Below are positions 1 to 8,914 of a stretch of DNA of 49,661 bases, in pieces. Position 1 is the stretch's first letter. Each line of letters begins with the position of its first letter. Below the pieces are notes generated by a model. That model worked only from the letters and a program-made list of their open reading frames with translations. It was not told the DNA's origin and made no database searches. The translations under genes and the position numbers were made by a program. Source of the DNA: Alphaproteobacteria bacterium (GTDB taxonomy: Bacteria; Pseudomonadota; Alphaproteobacteria; Micropepsales; Micropepsaceae); assembly GCA_947482125.1 (NCBI GenBank), contig CANKIV010000001.1:1-49661 (forward strand), read 5' to 3'.

Positions 1-900
1 CCCATCGTGATGGCGCCGGGCGAAATCAGCAAAAGCTTCGCCGGGCTGGAACGGCTGACCGGCGAATTGCTGGACATGGGAATCGACCGCAACGGTCTTG
101 TCATCGCCCTGGGCGGCGGGGTGATCGGCGATCTCACCGGCTTCGCGGCGGGCGTGCTCAAGCGCGGCGTCGCCTTCGCGCAGATTCCCACCACGCTTCT
201 GTCCCAGGTGGATTCTTCGGTCGGCGGCAAGACCGCGATCAATGCCAGGCAGGGCAAGAACCTGATCGGCCTGTTTCACCAGCCACGCATCGTGATTGCG
301 GACACCGCCTTGCTGGCGACCCTGCCCCGCCGCGAATTGCTGGCCGGTTATGCCGAAGTCGCAAAATATGGCGCACTGGGCGATGCGAATTTCTTCGAAT
401 GGCTGGAGGTGGGCGGCGTCAAGGCGCTGGCGGGCGATGAAGCGGCGATGGTCAAGGCCGTGGCCCATTCCTGCCGCATGAAGGCCGAGATCGTGGCCCG
501 CGACGAACGTGAAACCGGCGACCGCGCCCTGCTCAATCTCGGCCATACCTTCGGCCATGCGCTGGAAGCGGCGACGGGATTTTCGGGACGGCTGATCCAT
601 GGCGAAGCCGTGGCCATCGGCATGGCCCTGGCCTTCCGGCTTTCGGTGAAGCTGGGGCTGTGTCCCGGACAGGATGCCGAGCGTTTCACCCGCCATCTGC
701 AGGCCGTGGGACTGCCGTCTGCCATCGGCGACATTCCCGGCGCGCGTCCGGGAGCCGACGATCTGATCGGCCATATGGCGCATGACAAGAAAGTGACGGA
801 CGGCCAGCTGACCTTCATCCTGCTGCGCGGGCTGGGACAGGCCTTTGTCACCCGCGATGTGCCGCTGGCGGCGGTAAAATCAGTCCTGACGGACGGCTGA
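1..900 (+). CDS. aroB: 3-dehydroquinate synthase (5'-truncated by window edge)
   Basis: Motifs [36 protein letters not shown] and HGEAVAIG; frame is open to the window start. Confidence 0.96.
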   Translation, partial: PIVMAPGEISKSFAGLERLTGELLDMGIDRNGLVIALGGGVIGDLTGFAAGVLKRGVAFAQIPTTLLSQVDSSVGGKTAINARQGKNLIGLFHQPRIVIADTALLATLPRRELLAGYAEVAKYGALGDANFFEWLEVGGVKALAGDEAAMVKAVAHSCRMKAEIVARDERETGDRALLNLGHTFGHALEAATGFSGRLIHGEAVAIGMALAFRLSVKLGLCPGQDAERFTRHLQAVGLPSAIGDIPGARPGADDLIGHMAHDKKVTDGQLTFILLRGLGQAFVTRDVPLAAVKSVLTDG

Positions 901-968
901 ATCCCGGCTATCATTACCGTTCTTTCACCGGACACCTTCCCCATGCTTGCCGACGTCATCGCCGGAAG

Positions 969-2312
969 ATGAGTTCCACCCTCGTCAATCTTCTGCTGGC
1001 GGTTTTTCTCCTCGCCGCCAATGCGTTCTTTGTCGCGGCCGAATTTGCGCTGGTGAAAGCGCGCGGCTTCCGCATCAACGCCCTTGCCGAGGAAAACAGG
1101 ATCGGGGCGCGCCTGGTACAGGAGATCCTTCGCAATATCGAGGCCTATCTCGCCTGTTGCCAGCTTGGCATCACCATGGCTTCGCTGGGACTGGGCTGGG
1201 TGGGCGAGCCCACCGTCGCGGCGCTGCTGGAGCCGGCGCTGGTTCCGCTGCACCTCACCCCTTCCGTCATACATTTCACCTCCTTCCTCGTCGGCTTCCT
1301 GGTCTTCTCGTCGCTGCACATCGTGGTGGGCGAGCAGGTTCCCAAGACGCTGGCGATCCGCGAGCCCGAACCGGTGGCGCTGTGGATCGCCTATCCGCTG
1401 CGCGGCACCTTCCTGCTGTTCTATCCGCTGAACTGGCTGCTCAACACCGCCTCGCGCTCGATCCTCACCATGCTGGGCGTCAAGGAAGCGCCGCATCACG
1501 ACGTTCTGACCGATACGGAGATCGAAGGACTGGTCGAGGTGTCCGCCGAACATGGCAAGATGGGCGTGGGCCAGGCCGAATACATCCAGAATGTCTTTCG
1601 CTTCGCGCAGATGGAAGTGTCCGACGTCATGGTCCACCGCACCGAGATGTTCACCCTCAATGTCGATGACCCGCCGGGGGAAATTCTGGGCGCGGTGCTG
1701 AAGGCCAGCTATACCCGCATCCCGCTGTGGAAGAGCACGCAGGACAATGTCATCGGCGTGTTGCATGTCACGCACCTGGCCAAGGCGCTGCTGGAAAAAG
1801 GCGACATCGCCAAGGTGGACATCGCGGCCCTGGCGAGCGAGCCATGGTTTGTGCCCGACACCACGGCGCTGGATGAGCAGCTCGACGCCTTCCGCGAACG
1901 GCGCACCCATCTGGCGCTGGTGGTGGACGAATATGGCGCGTTGATGGGACTGGTGACGCCGGGCGACATCTTGTCGGAAATTCTCGGCGAGATGCCCGAC
2001 GAGCTTCAGAAAGCTCGGCCCTATGTGCGGGCCAGGCCAGACGGATCCTACCTGGTGGACGGCACGGTGCCGGTGCGCGACCTCAACCGCGAGCTGGACT
2101 GGTCGCTGCCGGAGGACGACGCCACCACCGTCGCGGGGCTGGTGATCTCCCAGTCCGGCACCATTCCCGATCCTGGACAGCGCTTCGCCTTTTTCGGCTA
2201 CACCTTTGAAATCATGCGCCGCCAGCGCAACCAGATCACGGCGCTGCGAATCGTGCCGCCGCGCAGCGACGGCCAGGCTCATCCGCCACAGGCCGCGGAG
2301 ATTTTGCCCTAG
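969..2312 (+). CDS. Hemolysin/CNNM (HlyC/CorC) family transporter with CBS domains
   Basis: N-terminal TM region (NAFFVAAEFAL, QLGIT, GEQVPK), CBS pair (VVDEYG), C-terminal CorC_HlyC domain. Confidence 0.92.
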   Translation: MSSTLVNLLLAVFLLAANAFFVAAEFALVKARGFRINALAEENRIGARLVQEILRNIEAYLACCQLGITMASLGLGWVGEPTVAALLEPALVPLHLTPSVIHFTSFLVGFLVFSSLHIVVGEQVPKTLAIREPEPVALWIAYPLRGTFLLFYPLNWLLNTASRSILTMLGVKEAPHHDVLTDTEIEGLVEVSAEHGKMGVGQAEYIQNVFRFAQMEVSDVMVHRTEMFTLNVDDPPGEILGAVLKASYTRIPLWKSTQDNVIGVLHVTHLAKALLEKGDIAKVDIAALASEPWFVPDTTALDEQLDAFRERRTHLALVVDEYGALMGLVTPGDILSEILGEMPDELQKARPYVRARPDGSYLVDGTVPVRDLNRELDWSLPEDDATTVAGLVISQSGTIPDPGQRFAFFGYTFEIMRRQRNQITALRIVPPRSDGQAHPPQAAEILP

Positions 2313-2599
2313 GCCTTCATCGCCTCGCCGGGCGTCAGCAGGGCAAGGGACAAGGCGTGGACGGAACCTTTGAGTTCCTCCTCCAGCGCGGCGTGGACGC
2401 GGCGCTGGCGCTCAACCCTGGAAACACCTTCAAACGCCGCCGCTACCAGACGGACATGAAAATGGGTTTCGCCCCGGCTGCCGTCATCGCGGGTAGCGCC
2501 GGCGTGGCCGGCATGACGGGCGCTTTCATCGCGTACCTCCAGCGCCAGCGGCGTGAAAGCGGCGGTCAATTTCTGCTGGATGGCGTCAGCAACTGTCAT
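2309..2599 (-). CDS. bolA: BolA family protein
   Basis: DESARHAGH, GETHF, SRVERQRRV, VHAL motifs. Confidence 0.93.
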   Translation of the reverse strand: MTVADAIQQKLTAAFTPLALEVRDESARHAGHAGATRDDGSRGETHFHVRLVAAAFEGVSRVERQRRVHAALEEELKGSVHALSLALLTPGEAMKA

Positions 2600-2647
2600 G
2601 CGCCCCTAGTTTGCTTTCGCCCTGCGAATGTCAAGCGATACGTTTCC

Positions 2648-2675
2648 TTGTCTTTTACCCTTGCCACCCCATAAT
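2648..2675 (+). promoter_or_regulatory. Putative promoter TTGTCT-N16-CATAAT for a leaderless J-domain gene
   Basis: ATG 2682 is the 7th base after the -10-like hexamer; no Shine-Dalgarno sequence. Confidence 0.4.
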
Positions 2676-2681
2676 TGTTCG

Positions 2682-3290
2682 ATGGTCGAACCCCGTGCCA
2701 ACCGCTTCAAAACCGACATTCGGATCAAGCCCGGCGGCAAGGCGAAAAAGCCCGAGCCGCAAACCCGGATGTGCGAAGCCCCCGACTGTGTCGGGCGCGG
2801 CGACTGCCGCGTTTCCAAATCGCCGAAAAATCTGACCGAATATGTCTGGCTCTGCGCCAAGCATGCCCGCGTCCACAACGAATCCTGGGACTACTTCAAG
2901 GGCATGGGTGATGACGACATCCAGAGGTTCCGCGAGGAGGCCCTGACCGGCCATCGCCCGACCTGGCCCCTGGGCAAGCGTGCCGCCCGGGCGCGGATGG
3001 GACAGACCCCGTTGGGCAATGTGAATGACAGCCATGCGATGTTTGCAGAGGACGACGAAACCGGCACGGTACGGCGCCCCGAGCGGCAATTGACGCGGCT
3101 GCAGATCATCGCCATGGACACGATGCAACTGGCCCACAACGCGACCTTGATCGAGATCAAGGCGCGGTATAAGGAACTTGTGAAGCGTTTTCATCCCGAC
3201 GCGAATGGCGGCGACCGGGGCGCGGAAGAACGGTTGAAGCAGGTTATCAAGGCCTATGGCGTGTTGCGCGCCTCCGGGCTCCTTACCTGA
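2682..3290 (+). CDS. DnaJ-domain protein (N-terminal Cys/His cluster, C-terminal J domain)
   Basis: C-x4-C...C-x2-H...WDYF N-terminus; RYKELVKRFHPDANGG J-domain HPD motif; lies between bolA and cobS; start moved to ATG 2682. Confidence 0.88.
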   Translation: MVEPRANRFKTDIRIKPGGKAKKPEPQTRMCEAPDCVGRGDCRVSKSPKNLTEYVWLCAKHARVHNESWDYFKGMGDDDIQRFREEALTGHRPTWPLGKRAARARMGQTPLGNVNDSHAMFAEDDETGTVRRPERQLTRLQIIAMDTMQLAHNATLIEIKARYKELVKRFHPDANGGDRGAEERLKQVIKAYGVLRASGLLT

Positions 3291-3345
3291 ACCGGGCCTG
3301 CCGCGCCCGCGTTAGCCATACGCAACGGCTCCCGGATCAGACATC

Positions 3346-4338
3346 ATGAGCACTCATACCTCCCCCTTGGACCCGAGCGTCATGCCCGACACCACTGTCG
3401 ATGCGGGAGAGGTGTTCGGCATCAAGACCAAGATGAAGGTTCCCGCCTTCAAGACGGCGAACGAGCATGTGCCGGAGCGCGATCCGGCCTATCGCTTCGA
3501 CCGCGAAACCACGCTGGCGATCCTGGCGGGCTTTGCCTTCAACCGTCGCGTCATGGTTCAGGGCTATCACGGCACCGGCAAGTCGACCCATATTGAACAG
3601 GTGGCGGCGCGGCTGAACTGGCCCTGCATCCGCATCAACCTGGATTCGCATATCAGCCGCATCGACCTTATCGGCAAGGACGCCATCGTCCTGAAAGACG
3701 GCCAGCAGATCACCGAATTCCGCGAAGGCCTGTTGCCCTGGGCCCTGCAGCGCCCCGTGGCGCTGGTGTTCGACGAGTATGACGCCGGCCGACCCGACGT
3801 GATGTTCGTGATCCAGCGCGTGCTGGAGGTTTCCGGACGCCTGACCCTCCTGGACCAGAACAAGGTGATCCATCCCCATCCGGCCTTCCGGCTGTTCTCG
3901 ACCACCAACACCATCGGCCTGGGCGACACCACGGGGCTCTATCACGGCACCCAGCAGATCAACCAGGGCCAGATGGACCGCTGGAGCATTGTCACAACGC
4001 TCAACTACCTGACCCACGAAGCCGAAGAGGAAATCGTGCTGGCCAAGGCCCCCAGCTACAACACCGCCGAAGGCAAGAAGACGATCTCGGCCATGGTGCG
4101 GCTGGCCGACATGACCCGCAATGCCTTCGTCGCCGGTGACCTTTCCACCGTGATGAGCCCGCGCACCGTCATCACCTGGGCGCAGAATGCCGAAATCTTC
4201 GGCGATATCGGCTTCGCCTTCCGTCTCACCTTCCTCAACAAGTGCGACGAGCTGGAACGCGCCAGCGTGGCGGAATTCTACCAGCGCTGCTTCGGCGAGG
4301 AATTGCCGGAAAGCGCCGCCAAAGTCCTGGTGGCGTGA
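3346..4338 (+). CDS. cobS: Cobaltochelatase subunit CobS (AAA+ ATPase)
   Basis: Walker A GYHGTGKS, Walker [16 protein letters not shown]. Confidence 0.96.
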   Translation: MSTHTSPLDPSVMPDTTVDAGEVFGIKTKMKVPAFKTANEHVPERDPAYRFDRETTLAILAGFAFNRRVMVQGYHGTGKSTHIEQVAARLNWPCIRINLDSHISRIDLIGKDAIVLKDGQQITEFREGLLPWALQRPVALVFDEYDAGRPDVMFVIQRVLEVSGRLTLLDQNKVIHPHPAFRLFSTTNTIGLGDTTGLYHGTQQINQGQMDRWSIVTTLNYLTHEAEEEIVLAKAPSYNTAEGKKTISAMVRLADMTRNAFVAGDLSTVMSPRTVITWAQNAEIFGDIGFAFRLTFLNKCDELERASVAEFYQRCFGEELPESAAKVLVA

Positions 4339-6173
4339 AACCGGAAAGTCCCAGCGAACCCTTCAAGCGGGCCGTCACGGTGGCGGTGCGGAGCCTCGCG
4401 GCCGAGCCGGAACTGGAAGTCAATTTCTCCGCCGAGCCGCCGGCCCTCAAGGGCCTGAAGGCGCGCCTGCCCTCACCCGCCCGCAATCTCTCGGCCCAAG
4501 ACGTGGCGCTGGTGCGCGGCACCGGCGACGCCTATGCCCTGCGCCGGGCCTATCACGACGAAAAAGTGAACAGCCAGTTCCGCCCCGCTTCGCCGGAAGG
4601 CGCCGCCATTTTCGAAGCCGCCGAACAGGCGCGGGTGGAAGCCATTGGCGCCCTGGCGATGAAGGGCGTGAAGGCCAATCTCGCCAGCGGGCTGGAACAG
4701 CGCCTGCTCAATCGCGGGTTGGGCAAGGCGCGGGTCAAGGACGAAGCGCCGCTGGCCGATGTGCTGGGACTGATGGTGCGCGAAAAGCTGACGGGCGAGA
4801 AGCCGCCGGCCTCGGTTGCCGGCGCCGTGGAACTGTGGCGGTCCTTCATCGAGGAAAAGGCCGGCGCGGATCTGGACAAGCTGGCCGACGCGCTGCGCGA
4901 CCAGAAGCATTACGCCAAGCTCACCCGCACCATGCTCAATCACCTGTCGTTCGGCGACCAGAGCGAGAGCGATTCCTCCGCCGAGCAGGATGCCGATGGC
5001 GAAAAGCCGGACGGCGAAAACGAAGACGGCCAGGACCAGGACGCCCAGCAGGACGGTGAAAGCGCCGCCACCGAATCCGCCGCCGAGGCGGAGGACGGTG
5101 AGGAGGTCGAATCCGACCAGGCGGCGGAGAATTCCGAAGACCTGTCGGACGCAACGGAACCCGAAGACGGCGCCAAGCCGCAACGTCACGAGCAGCCCTT
5201 CTCTCGCCAGGACGAGTGGGGCTACAAGATTTTCACCGCCGAATTCGACGAGGAAATCGGCGCCGCCGATCTTTGCGAGGCCGAAGAGCTGGCGCGTCTC
5301 AGAGGGTTCCTGGACCAGCAGCTGTCGGCCATGCAGGGCGTGGTTTCGCGCCTGGCCAACAAGCTGCAGCGTCTTTTGATGGCACAGCAAAACCGTCATT
5401 GGGAATTCGATCTCGAGGAAGGCATCCTCGACAGTTCACGCCTGACCCGCATCGTGATTGACCCAATGTATCCCTTGTCCTTCAAGCGCGAGAAGGACAC
5501 CACCTTCCGCGATACCTGCGTCACGCTTTTGCTCGACAATTCCGGCTCGATGCGCGGCCGTCCCATCATGGTGGCGGCGATGTGCGCCGACATTCTTGGC
5601 CGCACCCTGGAACGGGTCGGCGTCAAGACCGAGATACTGGGCTTCACCACCCGGGCCTGGAAGGGCGGGCAATCGCGCGAGAAGTGGCTGTCCGCGGGCA
5701 AGCCGCCGCAACCCGGCCGCCTCAACGACCTGCGCCACATCATCTACAAGGCGGCGGACGAGCCCTGGCGGCGGGCCAAGCGCAATCTCGGCCTGATGAT
5801 GCGCGAAGGCCTGCTGAAGGAAAATATCGACGGTGAAGCGCTGACCTGGGCGCACAACCGCATCATCGCCCGACCAGAGCAGCGCAAGATCCTGATGGTG
5901 ATTTCCGACGGCGCGCCGGTGGACGATTCAACGCTGTCGGTGAATGCGGGAAATTATCTGGAGCATCATTTGCGCCGGGTCATCGAGGAAATCGAAACCC
6001 GCTCGTCGGTGGAGCTGACCGCCATCGGCATCGGCCATGACGTGACCCGCTATTACCGCAAGGCCGTCACCATCGTGGATGCCGAGCAACTGGGCGGCGC
6101 CATGACCGAACAGCTGACGGAATTGTTTGCCGAAGAAGTCCCCGCCGGCCGCCGTCGGCGCAGGTCGGCATAA
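4335..6173 (+). CDS. cobT: Cobaltochelatase subunit CobT (vWA domain)
   Basis: GTG start overlaps the cobS stop (GTGA); EQARVEAIG, acidic linker, [27 protein letters not shown]. Confidence 0.95.
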   Translation: MKPESPSEPFKRAVTVAVRSLAAEPELEVNFSAEPPALKGLKARLPSPARNLSAQDVALVRGTGDAYALRRAYHDEKVNSQFRPASPEGAAIFEAAEQARVEAIGALAMKGVKANLASGLEQRLLNRGLGKARVKDEAPLADVLGLMVREKLTGEKPPASVAGAVELWRSFIEEKAGADLDKLADALRDQKHYAKLTRTMLNHLSFGDQSESDSSAEQDADGEKPDGENEDGQDQDAQQDGESAATESAAEAEDGEEVESDQAAENSEDLSDATEPEDGAKPQRHEQPFSRQDEWGYKIFTAEFDEEIGAADLCEAEELARLRGFLDQQLSAMQGVVSRLANKLQRLLMAQQNRHWEFDLEEGILDSSRLTRIVIDPMYPLSFKREKDTTFRDTCVTLLLDNSGSMRGRPIMVAAMCADILGRTLERVGVKTEILGFTTRAWKGGQSREKWLSAGKPPQPGRLNDLRHIIYKAADEPWRRAKRNLGLMMREGLLKENIDGEALTWAHNRIIARPEQRKILMVISDGAPVDDSTLSVNAGNYLEHHLRRVIEEIETRSSVELTAIGIGHDVTRYYRKAVTIVDAEQLGGAMTEQLTELFAEEVPAGRRRRRSA

Positions 6174-6287
6174 CCGCACAACAGTTTGAAAGTCGTGTGC
6201 GGGTTTCCCAGCCGATCGCTTAGGCTCGCGGCGTACTTCGGCTCGCACGGGGTCCACTGGACCCGTGCTTAGGCTTCACGCACCGGC

Positions 6288-7064
6288 TCAGTACCCATTC
6301 CGTCCGTGCAGCGGGCGCATCGCCGGGCGCAGCAGGTAATAGGGCAGCAGCAGCAGCACGCTTTCCCCGAAGAAAACGATGAAATGCACCAGCGCGGAGT
6401 TCGTCCACGACATCTGGTCAGCGCCGGCGAAGGCGGCGGGATAGTAGACGGCGCTGAATACCAGGCTGGCCGCGAAGGACGCCGCCAGCGGCGCTGTCCA
6501 CCAATGTGGGCCGCGGGCCGCGTCAAAGAAGATGATGGCGATGAAACTGGCGAACAGAAACGAAGCGCCGAAGGCCAGCAGGGCGCGCAGGGACAGAGCC
6601 GGCGTGTTGCTGATCCAGTTGCCGATGTCCCAGGGATTGGCCAGCGCGACGAAGGTAATGATCCCCAGGCCGGCCAGCAGCTGGGCAAAGGCGTAGTTCA
6701 CGCCATAGCGGCGGTTGCACAGATGCACCGCATACCAGGCCATCAGCAGGATCAGGTCGCTGATCGCCAGCATGGCGTTTTGCACGCTGCGCGGTGCCGC
6801 CGGCAGGATCAGGAAGGCATCGGTGAAAAGATAGGCTGCGCCCAGCAAGGTCACCAGCAGCACCACGGGCAATGCCAGACGCACCACGACCAGGGCAGGC
6901 ACCACGACGCGCTGCCACAGATCGTCCACGGCCCCGCCATAGGCGCGTTCCTTGGGCGGCCAGACAGCGTCCTGCTCGCGGCGGAGGCGGTAAGGCCCTT
7001 CGTCCGCTTCAAGTGCCGCAATGGGCGCACGATGTGCGCCGTTTCGGTAATCGTAGGCTTTCAA
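6288..7064 (-). CDS. VUT family (queuosine precursor transporter-like) membrane protein
   Basis: Multi-TM protein with NRRYG and WWTAPLAAS segments; lies downstream of rpmB as is common in alphaproteobacteria; start uncertain. Confidence 0.65.
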   Translation of the reverse strand: MKAYDYRNGAHRAPIAALEADEGPYRLRREQDAVWPPKERAYGGAVDDLWQRVVVPALVVVRLALPVVLLVTLLGAAYLFTDAFLILPAAPRSVQNAMLAISDLILLMAWYAVHLCNRRYGVNYAFAQLLAGLGIITFVALANPWDIGNWISNTPALSLRALLAFGASFLFASFIAIIFFDAARGPHWWTAPLAASFAASLVFSAVYYPAAFAGADQMSWTNSALVHFIVFFGESVLLLLPYYLLRPAMRPLHGRNGY

Positions 7065-7202
7065 GACACCCCAGTCCTGCCCAACAGTGCCAATCTGGCA
7101 CGTTTTGCGTAAGTTTCAGAGGTATCTACGCAAGCGCGATGCCGCAGGCGCCGCAGTGCCAGATTTTGTGGGTCAGGTGGCGCTGGTCGCCGCCGGTTGC
7201 CG

Positions 7203-7496
7203 TCAGGCCGCCTTGGCGGAGGTCTTCTTGGCGATGGCGCGCTTCAGGCGCAGCGCCTTGGGCGACAGGACGCCGTCCTTGCACTTGAGGATGAAGGGAT
7301 CCAGGCCGCCATTGCGGTCCACCGAACGCAGCGCGTTCATGGAAATCTTGAGCTTGTAGCTGTTGCCCAGAATCTCGCTGGCCAACGCGATAATCTGCAG
7401 GTTGGGACGATAGATCCGCTTGGTCTTGTTGTTGGCGTGGCTGACATTGTTGCCAACCAAGAGGCCTTTTCCGGTCAATTCGCAGCGGCGGGACAT
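7203..7496 (-). CDS. rpmB: 50S ribosomal protein L28
   Basis: MSRRCELTGK...GNNVSHANNKTKR...PNLQ. Confidence 0.98.
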   Translation of the reverse strand: MSRRCELTGKGLLVGNNVSHANNKTKRIYRPNLQIIALASEILGNSYKLKISMNALRSVDRNGGLDPFILKCKDGVLSPKALRLKRAIAKKTSAKAA

Positions 7497-7554
7497 GGCG
7501 GTTTCTCTTCGATTCTCAAGGGTTTCCGCGCCTTTTCAGCCGGAAAGAGCGGGG

Positions 7555-7583
7555 TTCATAAGCAAACGGGCCGGTTTGGTCAA
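7555..7583 (-). promoter_or_regulatory. Putative sigma70 promoter of rpmB (TTGACC-N17-TATGAA)
   Basis: Near-consensus -35 and 17-bp spacer upstream of rpmB. Confidence 0.6.
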
Positions 7584-7666
7584 GGGCCGCGCTCCCTGGC
7601 CGGACTGCCACCCCAAAAGCACCAAGATAACCGGCCAGACTGGTCCCGACCCGGAAAAAGGCCCCC

Positions 7667-8402
7667 ATGACCCGCCGCCTTGCCGCCGCCGCCCTTTTTG
7701 CCGTTTGCGCCACCCCGGCCTGGGCGGCCGGCGGCGCCGGGGCGCCGACCCTGCCCGCCTCCCAGCTGCAAGTGGCCATGACCGTCTATGCCGGCGGCAT
7801 CACCATGGGAAGCATGGACATGGACGCCACCATCCGGGGCGATGACTATCATGTGGTGTCCAACCTCCAGCCCCAGGGCGTGGTCAACGCCTTCTGGCAG
7901 TCGGAAATCCAGGCGACCTCGTCGGGCAAGGTGGCGGCGAAGAATTTCGCGCCGGCTTTGTACGACAGCGCGAATGCGCCGCGCCTCTATGCCGATCCGG
8001 CCTATTCCACCACAGGTTTTGACGTAAAGCCGGGCGACACCAGAAACACGCTCGATCCCTTGGGCGCGCTGACCATGATTGCGTCAGGCGTTGACGCCAG
8101 GGACGGAAATCCCTGCACCTTCACCGCGCCGGTGTTTGACGGCCGCTGCCGCTACAATGTCGAGATGACCAAGGTGCGCGACGTCGAGATCAAGATGGAC
8201 AATGGGCTGTATCAGGGCAACGCCGCGCAGTGCGATATCCGTTACCGCCAGATCGCCAGCTTTCCCTCCGCCGTGGCCGGGCACCATTACAACCGTGCCG
8301 CTCAGGGTCGGGACCGAGACCAGATTTGGGGTGATGGCGGTCCTGGCCACCACGGTGAAGGTGGATGGGCAAAGCCCCAAAGGCGTACGCCAGGGATCAT
8401 AA
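7667..8402 (+). pseudogene. DUF3108-like secreted protein, frameshifted near 8291 and probably internally deleted
   Basis: Signal peptide (..TPAWA), TLDPLGAL and PVFDGRCRY motifs; the family-like C-terminus TVPLRV..TRFGVMAVLAT..KVDG is in the +1 frame and ends at 8402. Confidence 0.6.
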
Positions 8403-8482
8403 ACCCGCGCTTATCCGGGAATATTTTGATCCGGGTACGGAATGGAGTCGGATTGGCCTGACAAAGGCCCATCGCTCGAGTC

Positions 8483-8502
8483 GACCACTAGATATGGTGG
8501 TC
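8483..8502. promoter_or_regulatory. Imperfect palindrome GACCACTAGATATGGTGGTC, NrdR-box-like
   Basis: The 16-bp core CCACTAGATATGGTGG fits the NrdR consensus acaCwAtATaTwGtgt at most positions. Confidence 0.4.
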
Positions 8503-8671
8503 AGGACGTCCCCGGAATCTCCTAAATGTATGAGAACAAAGGCAGATATTGAATTGGTTAGCGATTCGGACAGTGTTTGTATACTTTATGTTCTTTTTCT
8601 TAACCTGTAATCCACAGCGAGCCCATTCCCGCTGCAATACCGTCGGCAATTACACCAAGCGGGAGGGAAAC

Positions 8672-8829
8672 ATGAGCCGCATATGTATGCCGCGCTGGAT
8701 GCGCTGCGCACGGCACGGGCGGAACTCATCGCCGCCACGCCGAACAAGGGGGGGCATCGCGCCCGCGCCATCCCCCTGGTGAATCAGGCGATCGACGAAA
8801 CCAACGCGGGCATCCGCTATGCCCAGTAA
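8672..8829 (+). pseudogene. Remnant of a small secreted helical protein (PHMxAAL..L..A..EL..A..NKGGHR..AI.LV.QAI..G family) lacking its signal peptide
   Basis: 8683..8829 reads MYAALDALRTARAELIAATPNKGGHRARAIPLVNQAIDETNAGIRYAQ*; the ATG at 8672 behind the GGGAGG RBS is out of frame; a terminator follows. Confidence 0.6.
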
Positions 8830-8836
8830 CATCTGG

Positions 8837-8877
8837 CGGGAAAGAGCCCCGCCCGGGACTCTTTCCCCGTTTTTTTG
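8837..8877 (+). terminator. Rho-independent terminator
   Basis: GGGAAAGAG..CTCTTTCCC stem followed by a T tract. Confidence 0.7.
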
Positions 8878-8914
8878 CTTGCACCAGACGCGGTGACACA
8901 CGATCTAACGGGCC

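Noticed and set aside
4960-5190. Low-complexity acidic repeat-like stretch
   Set aside because: Normal acidic linker of CobT.
7065-7202. preQ1 riboswitch upstream of the VUT-family gene
   Set aside because: No recognisable preQ1 aptamer sequence; an Rfam scan would be needed.
8440-8620. Possible chromosomal origin of replication
   Set aside because: Only one imperfect DnaA box and no hemE/dnaA/parAB context. Kept only as an orphan regulatory patch.
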